Positions 1 to 11,967 are shown, counted from the first letter of the stretch. The stretch: 64,000 bases of DNA from Yuukianura sp. NJ FZ-2021 (GCA_046563655.1 CM102283.1:3658001-3722000), one strand, 5' to 3'. The notes: a model not told the origin generated them from the sequence alone. Made by a program: numbers and translations.

Positions 1-202
1 CTGACACTTCTATTGTCATTGTCATGACCTCATTATTTCAATGTCACCTTGTCATACTCATGTCGTCATCAACCATAAACGTCAATACTTTAACAAAATT
101 ATTCAAAATTTATATTTAAAATGGTCCAAATGTTAATTCAAAATTATTTAGTTCCAAGCATCTGTGATATAGACAGGAGGTAAATGCGTGGTTTTCAGCA
201 GA

Positions 203-285
203 GCCTCTATAGCTCAGTGGTTAGAGCATCTGTCTTGTATCCTCAATTTAACAGAAGGTCGGTAGTTCGAACCTGCCTAGAGGCT
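203..285 (+). tRNA. tRNA-Thr(UGU) with a 10-nt intron (240-249)
   Basis: Acceptor stem GCCTCTA/TAGAGGC; D-arm GCTC-AGTGGTTA-GAGC; anticodon stem TCTGT/ACAGA with loop CT-TGT-A[TCCTCAATTT]A; T-arm GGTAG-TTCGAAC-CTGCC; T-run terminator just downstream. Confidence 0.9.
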
Positions 286-813
286 TAATTTTTTTTAAAA
301 TTAATTAATGATCAATTAAGTTTTGATTTTGAATTATTTCAACACGTAGAGTCTTCTATTTTGGAGTAAAACACGATTTTCGTATTTTTAATTCGCAAAA
401 TACTTTAAAAATCTTTAACAACAACGCTTTGCAAAGATTTTTGAATTAAAAATTGATTAATTTTAAAAATTTATTTTGGAAAATGAACACTTATGTTTCA
501 TGGTTTGTGTGAACCGTGCTTAAAGTTGGGGTGAAAACATGTTTTCTGCTTCCTTGAGCCTCTTTGGATTTGCTTTAAAAATTTTATTGAAAAAAATGAA
601 TAATGTCGACTCTTATGGCCGAAGGCTGATTTTGGGCAGAAATCAGCGTCAGTTCCTATTATGATAAGGTGAACTGATTGCGAATTTGATAAGACTGGGA
701 AGCGCTGAATGCAAACAGCGACACTACGTTAGGCAACCTCAGTTTTATTGAGCATAGCTCAATTGTTTGCCAAAACTGATCAGTGCAATTCCCCAAAATT
801 TTAGTTGAATCAA

Positions 814-2230
814 ATGGCAGAGCACTTTACGTGTGCCATTTGTCTCGATTTTGCTTCTGGTAATTACAAGCAGTAATTACTTTAATTTCGTTTGATTTGA
901 ATTAATTTTACTTAATTTTTCCCGGGTAGAATATCCTAACAAAGACTATTTTGTGAGCACCCGCGGAGGACACATCTTCCACTTTCTCTGTATCAAACAA
1001 CACATCAACAACGGAGATGACACGTCAGTATAACAGTCAAAGTCCAAACTTCAAAGAATCAAATTTCAAAATCAGTTTTCAAAATTTGGAATTTCGTTTA
1101 CTCAAAATTTTGGTAGATGCCCATTGTGCCGAGAACCAGTAGTGCTAAACGACCTGACGCGTCTTTACGGTATCCGAATCAAGAAAACAGCAATGTCGGT
1201 TCGATTGCAATCCGACGGCAGCGACGGAACGTTACCGTAAGTTTCCAAAAATTCGAAACGAAAAGACCACAAACTTTTTCAAATGGCAAAAATTTCAGGT
1301 CAATCAAAATTGTGATACTTGGGAACAGCAGTGTTGGAAAATCCAGCATTCTCAGAAGATTCGCCGTAAGTTTTTCTAAATAAGCAGTACAAACCACAAT
1401 ATTCTAAACTTTAAAATTTAAAACAGCTCTGTTTCTAAAATTTTTAGAACAAAGAATTCAACGTAGAACTGAACCCCACATGTGGCTGTGATGTCGTAAG
1501 TACTTTTGCTACTCCATATCCTTAAAAACCGAAATTTCAGTTGTTGTTTTTTTTTCAAAATCAAAATTGAATTTTGAAAACTAGGTTTTCCGGAACATTG
1601 CAATCGGTGGAAAAGTTTTTCGACTGAACCTGGTACGTTATCTCAATTTTCCTCAATCTAAATCAAACATTGACCCAGATCGTTGACGTTTGTGTAAAAA
1701 TGTTGACCTTTGACCTTTGAAGTGGGACACAGCAGGTCAAGAAAACTTTAGATCCGTCGTGTCCACTACAGTAAGAGGTGCCATGGGTGTCATCTTGGTC
1801 TATGACGTCACAGACATACTTTCACTTAACGACGTAGAAGGCTGGCTAAAATTTGCACAATCAAATGGACCAGAAGATTCTGTCAAAATTTTAGTCGGAA
1901 ACAAAACGGATTTGACTGAACATCGCAAAGTGACTCCACTCATAGGCCAGGTCACACCTTAAACAAAATTAATCACAATTAATTAAAACTTTTAAAAATT
2001 TGAACTTTTTTTGATTTTTTTTATCTTAGGCTGTCGCTGAAAAATTAGGACTCCAATTTTTCGAAACGTCGGCCAAGACAGGAGAAAACATTGAAGCCGT
2101 TTTCCGCACTTTGGTGGCCAAAATTTTGGAAAAACCGATTTTATCTCAAACTGAAACAAATTTAGTACAACTGGAAATAGACGGTGGGGGAAGGAGTGGG
2201 AAGGGGTGGTGTCAATGCTCGATTCTTTGA
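814..2230 (+). CDS. RING-H2-like finger fused to a Rab8/Rab10-like small GTPase (8 exons, about 283 aa)
   Basis: Exons 814-859, 930-1023, 1117-1236, 1299-1365, 1448-1495, 1585-1632, 1723-1950 and 2030-2230 join in frame through GT-AG introns. N-terminus CAICLD...TRGGHIFHFLCIKQH...CPLCR, then G1 GNSSVGKS, G2 PT, G3 WDTAGQE, RGAMG, G4 NKTD, G5 ETSAK and C-terminal CQCSIL. Confidence 0.85.
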
Positions 2231-2345
2231 AAAAATCTATTTCTATTTATAAGTAATCGATTACTTCAATCAAAAATTACTTTTGATTTATTAGACTGCG
2301 TTATTTTTACTTTTTCCCACCAAAAACACAAATTTTTACTAAAAG

Positions 2346-5300
2346 TCAATCGTTGTCCCCAGGCGATGGGGCGTAAATGAACATATGAGCATGTGCCAAA
2401 ATGATTTTGATTTCTGGAATAAACGACTCCCAATCTCTTTGCACTGAAGATGGATCATTCTCCAGAGAATCCAGACAGTCACCAAGACTAAACACGTTCT
2501 GGACCTGCGCACAAAAGTAATTCATGTTAATTCATGATAATTCATGGTAATTCAAGGTAATTCATGGTAATTTCTGCTGATGTATTATATTGGGGAGTTC
2601 ATCTGAAATTCAAAAATGGAAGAACTTGAATTTGAATTAACACGAATTTTCAAAATATTCTAAAAAAAATTGGTAAAATTTAAGCGGTCTGGGGCGAAGC
2701 CCCAGCAAGCATGCGAAGCATTCTCGTTTAAACTACATAATTCATGGAAATTGGCGATAATTAATAGTATTTCACAGGAAATTCATAGTAATTCATGGTA
2801 ATTACTTGTAGTTCGTAATTACAATGACTTTGAACTTACTTGTGGTCCATCACATGCCGAATCATGTACAATCCACTCTCCATTGGTTGTTCCACATTTG
2901 ACGAAAGCTATAGACTGATTGTCTCTTGTACAAATGATTGACTGCAATTCATAGACTAATTTTCTCTTTTCAGCGTCTGGAAGTTTTTTGTTGTGATTTC
3001 TGCGTGTCCAGTGCTGATGAAAGGCTTCAAAACACTGATTGCAAAAAGCGTTTGTGCTGGAATCGGAGGAGCTTGGATCAGAAACTACCAAATCTGCACA
3101 ATCTGCACACTCCATGCTGGAATTCCCACCGCACAAGGCACATGAACTAGAAGATTCTGGACTAGGAGCTAAAGTTTCAAAATAGTAAAAATGTCAATTT
3201 TTGAACTACTTTTTCAAAATTTTTCAAAATTTTGGTTTACCGTTGAGTGTCACTAGATTACTGAAAGAGATGGATGGATTAGGAATGAACAGTTTGGAAG
3301 GAGCAGCCGATCCATCAGTTCTGTCTGGCAGGACAATGACAAGAGCAGGAACTGGCAAATTTTGAAATTTTAAATTTTGAAGATTCAAATCTGCCGCCAA
3401 AAGATTTTCAACTGAAATGACATTTTCTGAAAAATTTGATGTGCTGGACATGATTCGGTGGAGGTAACTTTTAGTTCCGTTTGAGTATGAAATTATAGGA
3501 TTCGGTGCTTCAGTTTCATCCACCTTTTGTAACAAAGTTTCTAAAATTTGATCTGACTTTCCTGAAAACCAAAAATTTCCAAAATTTTCTAAACATTTCT
3601 TTTACAAAACAAAAATTTAGTTTTTAGTATCTTACCGGGTAGAATTGAGTGTTGAGCACAACTGAATACTTGAGCAACTGCTTGGATGTTGGATGCTGGG
3701 CAGTAGTACTTGCGTCTCAGTCGGTTAGCAACTTCTGTCCGCAGTATTTCTTTGTAAATCTGGACAGTGAGTGGATCAGCATCTTGGGTATGCAGCAGCA
3801 TTTTGTCAAAAGAGTCTGAGCAACTGAAAACGGCAAAAAGTAGTGCGTCCATGTGACTCGAATTGCTCCTTCCCTGGATTCCACGTTTGTAACCTAGCAA
3901 CAACAGCAAAAAATAATGAAAATTATGAAATTTTGACAAGTGAAATTGAAATTTTTAAAGTAGGATTGAAATTTTTGAGTTTTTGTGCTTTTTACCAATG
4001 AGGCGTTTTAGTTTTTCCGTGGAAATGGATGGGGCAATGACTCCTTTTTGCGGGAACCATTCGTGGGAAGCTCTGGCAGTTGGATTGTGCGTTCTTGTGC
4101 GGTTGCTAAGACGACGACTAGCTAAAGCATGGATTTGTGAAAGGGGGGAGGGGGCGGTGGGTGGACTTTCCTCCCCCTCCGGAACTATCCGAGTATATGT
4201 CACGAGGGTATCAAACGGAACAATGTCAGTCACTTCCGGTGGACAGTCGCTTGGCAACGGATCGGTGTAGTGTCTACTTCCAGTTTTCAAAGGAGTGTCC
4301 TACATCAAAGTCAAAGTTAATAGGTCAATACATGGCAGCAAGATTTCAAAATTTCCCGGCGGGATTGTCATATTTCCCGATATTTCCCGGCAGGATTTTC
4401 ATATTTCCCGGGAAAAACTTACAAATTGAATTCCCGCCATTTGACTATTACTACCAGCGGAGCTTCCAAGCCACTTGACTCTTCCTGTATAGTAGGAACT
4501 GGAGTCACGCTGATACAAAACGGCATCTCCAACTTCAAAATTTCCTGAAAAAAGATTTTCAAAAATGTTCAATTTTGGAACTTTTTTGAAATAGTTCCAG
4601 TTGTGTAAAAGCATACTTGGAACACTTTGTTGTCGCTGCCAGTGATTAGCCAAGTCCTGATTGGTGAAATCAAAAGTTGTGGTAGACATGAGTCCATTTT
4701 CAGCGGGAATTTCAGTTTTTGAACTCCATTCGTGCTTTTTAACACAGCTTACACATAGGAACTTTCCGAAATTCGGTTTACATTCAAACAGCTTGTGGCC
4801 TTCAAACGTCCCAGAAGAGTTTCCAACAGCACTTTTCTAAAAAAGAATCAAAAAGTGAAATTTTGAATATTTTTTTTAAACTTTGTTTTCCAAAAACTTA
4901 CAAATTCGATTCCAACTGTTAATCCGCTTTGACAACTGAGGTGACCCAGCCACTTGACTTGACCTGTGTAGTTTGTACCTTCCCTGGACCAGATTATTTT
5001 GTCTCCCACTTTCAGTCCACTCGGCCCTGAATCTTTAATTCAAAATTCAAAATTTTAATTTTTTCAAAATTTCAATTTTTCGTTCAAATTTTCTTAAGAA
5101 ATCAGAATTCCTACCGACTGCAAATGGATAAATGACATCAAACTGCTTGAGTTTCTGTGGATCAATTGCAGTTTCTTCGACATTTCTCTCGCGTGGTCTC
5201 TCCCGAATGGACACTTTGCGCATGAGCTTTGACAAGGTTCGACTGAGCAAAGACTGTCTCTGCGCATAGTCAGACTTCAGAATTAGTTCAGACACGCGCA

Positions 5301-5949
5301 GAATCAAGGAATGCCCGGCAGGAGTGTAGAATAAGCGACGATTTCTCCAAACTATCGGAAATGGAGACCCCACTTTCTCATCCTGAAAAAAAAACATACA
5401 CAAAGTTTTTCAAAATTTTGGTTAAATTTCAGATTTTGAATTTTAGAATTACGGTAAAGACGCCTGCGCAGAGAATTCTTTCGATACTTCCGAGCCATTT
5501 GACGGTGCCCTTGAAAGTTGTGCTGTCACTGCCAAACCAAATCACTCGACTGCCCACTTTAAGGTCTCCGATACATTCTGAAATTTCAGAAATTTTGAAA
5601 TTCCAGAAAATTTAAAAAAAAAAAGTTTCGAAATTTCACTTACCAACATTTACGAATGACCTGTCTTTGTCCAGAGGTTGCTTGACGAGTTCCTTGATAT
5701 TTGGTACGTGTTTTTCCAGGAATTCTGGAAAAGTCTCTGATCCAAGACGCTCATACGGAACTTCCATTTCCAGCATCGATAGAGTAAAAGCTAAAAACCA
5801 AAAAAATAGAAATTTCAATTTCACATTTTCAGAAATTTTGAAAAAAGTGTTGTCTTACTTTCTTCAACTGGCAGACCACATTTGAGTTTAAATTCGACAT
5901 ATTTTGCCCAGTCACTCACTCCAAAAGTGACGCGTTTAGCCATGTCCAT
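2346..5949 (-). CDS. CYLD-like: CYLD-like protein (CAP-Gly repeats plus USP domain with B-box-like insert), predicted catalytically inactive
   Basis: CAP-Gly-like segments (LKVGSRVIW...GTVKWLG; LKVGDKIIW...GQVKWLG; FEVGDAVLY...GRVKWLG); Cys-box GIQGRSNSSHMD; Zn insert CALCGG..ECADC..FCNQC..H; His-box ELQSIICTRDNQSIAFVKCG; C-terminus AHMFIY. Multi-exon; start codon inferred. Confidence 0.8.
2517..2810. repeat. Degenerate 10-bp GTAATTCATG-type repeats in CYLD-like gene introns
   Basis: taattcatgt/taattcatga/taattcatgg/taattcaagg tandem at 2518-2570, with a looser cluster at 2738-2805. Confidence 0.6.
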
Positions 5950-6844
5950 AATTTTGTTTAAACTGAAGTCAAATTTTAAAAAAAGGAATCACTTGTCACT
6001 TTTTTTTAAACTTTAAACAATATGTTCAAAAATAGTTTTGGGAAGAATAGTTTCTATTGTTTGTGGGTGACTAATTCTAGTAAACTCTTCGTAGTTTATG
6101 AAACTTTTGTACTAATGAAATCATCATCACACACAAACTTATCAAAATGTTATCAACTTAACAAAACACTTCTGCAACTTTTAGCACGCCACTCTCACTT
6201 CTCAAAAATAGCAAACACCTACAAAATTCTAAACTTGCAAAAAACGACTAAAGAACGAAATGTGATCGTACTTGAAATTTCGAAACACAAAACACGTTTT
6301 GTTACACGAAAACTGAAATAATAAAATAATAAAATTTCAACACTCGACGCACCTTTTCACAAAATAGAAATAAAAATTCATGTTTTTTGAAAATTTCCAA
6401 TGAAAAGAGCAGAAGCAGTGGTACAGATGGGTAAATAAACAGAAACTGCGCCACATCCTTCTGTCTCCTGCCTCCATTGTTCTCTCCAGTCATAAACTGT
6501 TTCAAAAATATGGGGAAACACAACCTACAAAACACTTTTACATTTCACTTTTACAAAAATTACACTTTTACATTTGAACTTGTACACTTTTTCACACTTT
6601 TAGAACTTTTACACTGTAGAATATCTGGGGAAAGACTAGTAACCAAGGGACCATAGCGTCTCCTCTTCCCTGTTCAAGGGCCTTGGGATTTTAAAACTCT
6701 TTTGAGAACAGGATGGACCCCTTTTCAAAAAAGGGTCCATGGGCCCTTCTTAAACAAAAAGAAATTGGAAGACTCCTTGAGGCACTTGGAATCACCGTAG
6801 TTCCTATTTCCAGAGACCATGAACAAACAACAAGTTTCCATTTA

Positions 6845-7182
6845 CCGTAAAACTTCGAATAAATGCCAGGCCCTTAAAAGTTTCTGAGATAAGTCGTGTC
6901 TGAAGGGGCGAGAAATACATGGAGTACAAGGTTCAAGGGCTCAGATGGATTGAGTGGCAAAGATTGACAGTGAAGAAAAAAAAAGAACCGAGTGGGACTC
7001 GAACCCGCATCTCTTCCATCCAGGAAGAGCTCTAACCACTGAGCTATCAGGTTCCATTCTAAAAAGGGTGGAATCCGAACAGGCACTTTCCATACACCTT
7101 CATGTTTGGTGGCGGCAGCAATAGTGTTGCCACACGCACAAACTAAAATAGTAGCCCCGGCTTCTATTTAGAAGTTTTACGG
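6845..7182. mobile_element. Tc1/mariner-pogo-type MITE flanked by TA
   Basis: TA|CCGTAAAACTTCGAATAAATGCCAGG ... CCCCGGCTTCTATTTAGAAGTTTTACGG|TA: imperfect TIRs of about 30 bp with TA on both sides. Confidence 0.7.
6985..7054 (-). pseudogene. tRNA-like / tRNA-derived Pol III cassette inside the MITE
   Basis: Minus strand reads GAACCTGA TAGCTCAGTGGTTAGAGC TCTTCCTGGATGGAAGA GAT GCGGGTTCGAGTCCCAC TCGGTTC TTTTTTTTT: A box, B box and T9 terminator, but a bulged acceptor stem and an atypical anticodon arm. Confidence 0.7.
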
Positions 7183-7942
7183 TATTCTTTCCCAATCACT
7201 CCCCGATGCTTATGAAATGTGTCACTTCCTAAACTTAACTTTGTGTGATGACTATGTTCTGTACCTAACTGCTACTTAGTTGGAACTTTTAAGAGTTGGA
7301 AGTGTCATTGGATCCTAAAGTCATAAAAGTTTATGCCGAGACATGAAATCAAACTGTAATTATGAAAACTAGAATAGCTGATGTGTCAATTCGTTTCAAC
7401 TTTTCATTTTTATTGACTGGGTTTAATGGGTTTTATCTACTCGGAATTACAATTATAAGAGGCCTCTCAAGAGTCTAACATTTCACTTTTTAAACTGAAC
7501 TTTTTAAACTTGGGGTTTTGAAAGTCTAAAAGCAAAAAATTTAGTCCTAACAGTAACACTCTCTGGATTCTTTGAAAACTAAACTTTTTAGTAGAACTGG
7601 AGCTATGAATGACTAAAAAGTTAACTTAAAAGGGGGAAATCGAACTTGATTGACAGTTGTATAATGTTTGGGTTTCTGTAAATTTTTAGTCTTTTAGTCT
7701 ATGAATTTGGTAGTGTTAGTGTTTGGAGTCTATAAATTTCTAAACACTGTGTGTTTATGACTTTGAATGAATTAGGGAGAAAAAAAGCGTAACTTTAGTA
7801 GTTAGGGAGAAACTGCGTAAACAGACAGAATTCTACGTGTGTGTCTGTGTTTTGTAATTTTTGAATGGAAAAGTTGAATTTCTGAAATGAAAACTGAACT
7901 TTTGAAAGGAAAAGTGAAATTTTGAAATGAAAATTGGACTTT

Positions 7943-9543
7943 TTAGGAATTGAGTGACATTTGGTTCATTTGGCGAACGAGGGTCTTAAGATCCCAAATG
8001 ATGATTTGTCCATCGATTGATGAGCTGGACAGTTTGAGTGCATTTTCCTTTGAGCCTGTGTGGATCTGTAGGGCAGTGATGGAGTTCTGGTGCAGAGTGG
8101 TCAACTCATTGTCCTAAATGTCATAAATCATAAAAGTAATTAGAAAAGTAATTAAGAGGGAAACTAAAGTTGACTTACATCTTCGGTGAGTACGCGTGCA
8201 TGTCTGTCGAGGGATTGGAATCTTTTCATGGCAGACATTCCGGACTGCTCTTTCTTCTGGTCAGTGCTTTCCAGTTTCCCATTGAATTCCAGTCTAATGC
8301 CGTCTCCTGATTGGACCAAAGTGTACATCAATGGAGTCAGCGTATGCCCGGCAGTGACGATGGAGTCGGGACTGATCCAAACGACGGACAGAAATGGCAA
8401 AAATGGAGTCCGGACGGAACACAAGCTCACGCCCTGTCCATTCCCATTTCCTTGTGCAATTGAAATTGAGGCGTCATGACCAACCTAAAACATAAAAATA
8501 AACATAAAACATAAATTTATGTAATCTTATGCTATATAAGTTGTTATGTAATCGAAAGTACCCAGGCTAATCTTGACCCGTCGTGGCTGAAAGAAATACT
8601 GTGAACCCATCCACCACTTCCAACGGAATTGTTAGGTACTTCGTGCATCAGCTGACCCAGAGGCATCTTAGAACCCCACACAGTCGGCTGGGGCTTGTCT
8701 TCAATCTCCTTTATGTAGGCCGAAAATATCCGAACCTAAAGAGAGCAATTACGGTAACGTTAAGAGTTAGATTAGCGGGCAAGTAAGTACTAACCTTGAA
8801 ATCGGCGGATCCTGTTGCAAGTAAGACGTTGTTGGGATGCCAGTCGATGGCAGTGACGGTCGATCTGATTGGTTTCTTGATGTGTTTAGAAACCCACCAA
8901 TCATTTTCCTTTTCAAAGTAACAGACCTAGCAACAGCATCACAAAATTAAGGATTATCTGCGATGTCATTTACTTGGAAAGAACAAAAGTTCTTACCGAA
9001 ATCAATCTGGCTCCAGAACCAACAGCAAATTTGTTTTCTAAGGGAGACCATTTGACACATGTCGCCGCTCTGTTTATACGCAGCAAAACTAGCGTAGGCT
9101 TCCACTTGTGCTCTGGCCCTTCCTGAGTCCAAACGTAAGCGTTTCGATCCTAAAGCAACAAAATCCAGTTAAAAGCGATGCCAAGTATAATGCAGTTATT
9201 TGACGACGAAGACGAAACGTTTTCCCTACGGCAGCACAAGTGACGATCCGGTTTGTCCTGGAACCCCAATCGATTCCGGTTACTCTCAAATCGTGCTGCT
9301 TCAGAACATCAATCAACACGAAATCGTTGCCGGTCTTCTTGTAGATGTGAACCTCTGGACTGTTTGGTGAAATTGCAATTTCTAAAACACAAAACAATAC
9401 ATTAGTAATTGCAACAAGTTTAGGAAAATCGGATGCCAACGCCAAGTAAACAACTTCCGGAATTCGGACTTACGTGTTCTATCTTTATTCCAGGCATGAC
9501 AAGTAATCGGCTCAACACCGAAGCAGTTCAGTCTTTCCGTCAT
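7943..9543 (-). CDS. ARPC1: Arp2/3 complex subunit 1 (p41-Arc/Sop2)
   Basis: [76 protein letters not shown]; ends [18 protein letters not shown]. Confidence 0.95.
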
Positions 9544-10648
9544 AACGACCTTGAAGAATTGACAGTTGGGCTAACCTTGCTTGACCTCTTTGACACGAAA
9601 TGTCAAGAAAAGTTTTTTTTGGCCCCTCCTCGTCTGACGTGTTTACTCTGTACTCTTCCTTCCTTATTCGGTTTTTCTTTTGGGAAATGAAATGACTCAT
9701 TACTTTTCTGTCATAAATGGGAGAATTTAACATTTCAAGTAGCGATAATCGTTTTTAGTTTTCTAGATTATAATGAATACATTATTAATTTATAATTACT
9801 ACATTATTGACGAATTACTCCATCCAGTTAATCTTTCCGTTCCTAACCATTAACGTAATAATTCAAGGATTTTGCCCAAATTTCTTGTGATATCCGATTT
9901 GGGCATCTTCAACGCTGTGCAGAATTGGTGCGGCACGGTACTGAACCGGAAAACCGTTTAAAAATAATAATAAGATACTCGTGATGTTGACACATCACGA
10001 AATTCACTTTGAGCGCTAGGTTATACTTGGATCAAACGAAAATACTAGTGGATTGTTGACACGAAGATAATTATTAACATTTTGCCAAAAATCTTCTAGT
10101 TATTTCTAGTGATCCAAGCATGACCTAGTGCTCAAAGTGAATTTCTTGATGTGTTGACATCATGGGTGTCTGGCTATTTAAAAATATATTGTCGAGAGAA
10201 ACTAAAAGATATTTCAGTTTAATTTTTTTTAATATTATAATTTGACTTTCTTCGGTATTTTCGGTTTCGTAGTTTGGGCGAGCCGCTCCCGACTGATTGA
10301 TTAGAGAGAGTGACATTTGTGGAACATCCCGCCGCGCGTGCGTGCCAATGACCTTGTGCTATAATCTGTACCGTTCCGTATACCAAATTTTCCCACTGTA
10401 TAAATCCGCACCCCTACCGACCTTCTCTGTGTTAATTTTATTTTGCCTCCTTCATTTTTCGTAGCTTTGCCTTCAATTCCGTCAAAGAAAGTCCGAAAGT
10501 CCGTTTGTCCATTCTTTGCTTTCGCTAAAAAGCCCGCTTCTTAAATTTTTAATTAATTAATCGGTTCCTGTTTACCTAAGGGTTCTTAAGTTTTCAGGTG
10601 ACTTAGCTACAACTGGGAGACTCCGTTACTCAACATTAACTGAACGAC

Positions 10649-11354
10649 ATGTCTGGAATTGCTATTTCCCGACTTGCTGAAGAAAGAAAAGGCTGGAGGA
10701 AAGATCATCCCTTCGTAAGCAGTCTTCGTTAATTAATTATTAACAAATGAGGATTACAACTTCATTTATAATTTGATTTCAGGGTTTTGTCGCACGACCA
10801 ACTAAAAAGGACGATGGAACGATGAATTTGATGAACTGGGAATGTGTTATACCTGGCAAGAAATCGGTTAGTTTGTAATCACAGTTTATTATGTAACCTT
10901 TGAATCTTCGTAAACGTTGAATACATTTTGTATTGTGTTGATTTAGACTCCATGGGAAGGTGGTTTGTACAAGCTGCGCATGATCTTCAAAGATGACTTC
11001 CCAGCAACTCCACCGAAATGCAAATTTGAGCCACCGTTGTTTCATCCTAACGTGTATCCCTCTGGAACCGTGTGTTTGTCACTTCTAGATGAGGAAAAAG
11101 ATTGGCGTCCGGCAATAACGATCAAGCAAATTCTTCTCGGCATTCAAGATCTCCTCAACGAGCCAAACATAAAGGATCCAGCACAGGCTGAAGCTTACAC
11201 TATCTACTGGTGAGCTAATCAATCATACTCTAACTACTTAGTTTCAGAGAATAACGTTAACATTTTTGTGTTTGTTTGCAGTCAAAACCGCTTGGAATAT
11301 GAGAAACGAGTCCGTGCCCAGGCGAAAGCCATGTCATCCTCAGACATCTGCTAA
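10649..11354 (+). CDS. UBE2I: SUMO-conjugating enzyme UBC9
   Basis: [22 protein letters not shown] / GFVARP / [43 protein letters not shown] / [10 protein letters not shown]; 4 coding exons. Confidence 0.97.
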
Positions 11355-11967
11355 ATAGGCAGTTCCAACTAAAATCTTCGCATTTCTTCAGCATCACACA
11401 AAGGATGAGTGCAGTGCAGTGGACTACGACTGGAATTGAACGTTGTTTGGCTAAGTTATTGAAACCCAACGTAATAAGTTAAGTTGAGAGGGTGAGTGAT
11501 CTTGTTTCTTCTTATAAATACAAGTAATTAAAAGTTAATTAATTTTGAGCAGTTTGTACTTCCCAAGTTCTCTTCACGACAAGCTTAGGAAAGTAATTAA
11601 ACTTGTACAACCTAACTTTAAATGTCCTTTCGAATAAATGATACCCATTTTCAATCTATGACTCACAATCGGCTATCCAATCACTTTCACCTTTTCAATA
11701 CGATTACATAAACAATTAATTTCTTAATCTTAAGTTAACTAAATTAACTTGAGGTTTTTTAACGTGATTTAGTGACTTAATTTTCTTATTGTGCGTACAT
11801 TTGAGTCATTCGCCCAAACGTGAGACACTTTCAAAATTTCACGTGGCGGGAATGTTATATTCCGCTTTTTTTTCTTTTGTCAAACAAAAACAAACATTCA
11901 CATTTAAAGTCATAATTAGCGTTAATTAGTTTCTATTTTGGTAATAATCAAGAATTTGCAATTGGCA

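Noticed and set aside
1117-1383. ORF-track protein MPIVPRTSS... as the Rab N-terminus
   Set aside because: It reads through the intron at 1237-1298 and uses the wrong frame for exon 3; the spliced frame gives CPLCR, completing the RING
6700-6750. Hairpin GGACCCCTTTT-C-AAAAAAGGGTCC
   Set aside because: Isolated short inverted repeat with no TSD or other supporting structure that I could define
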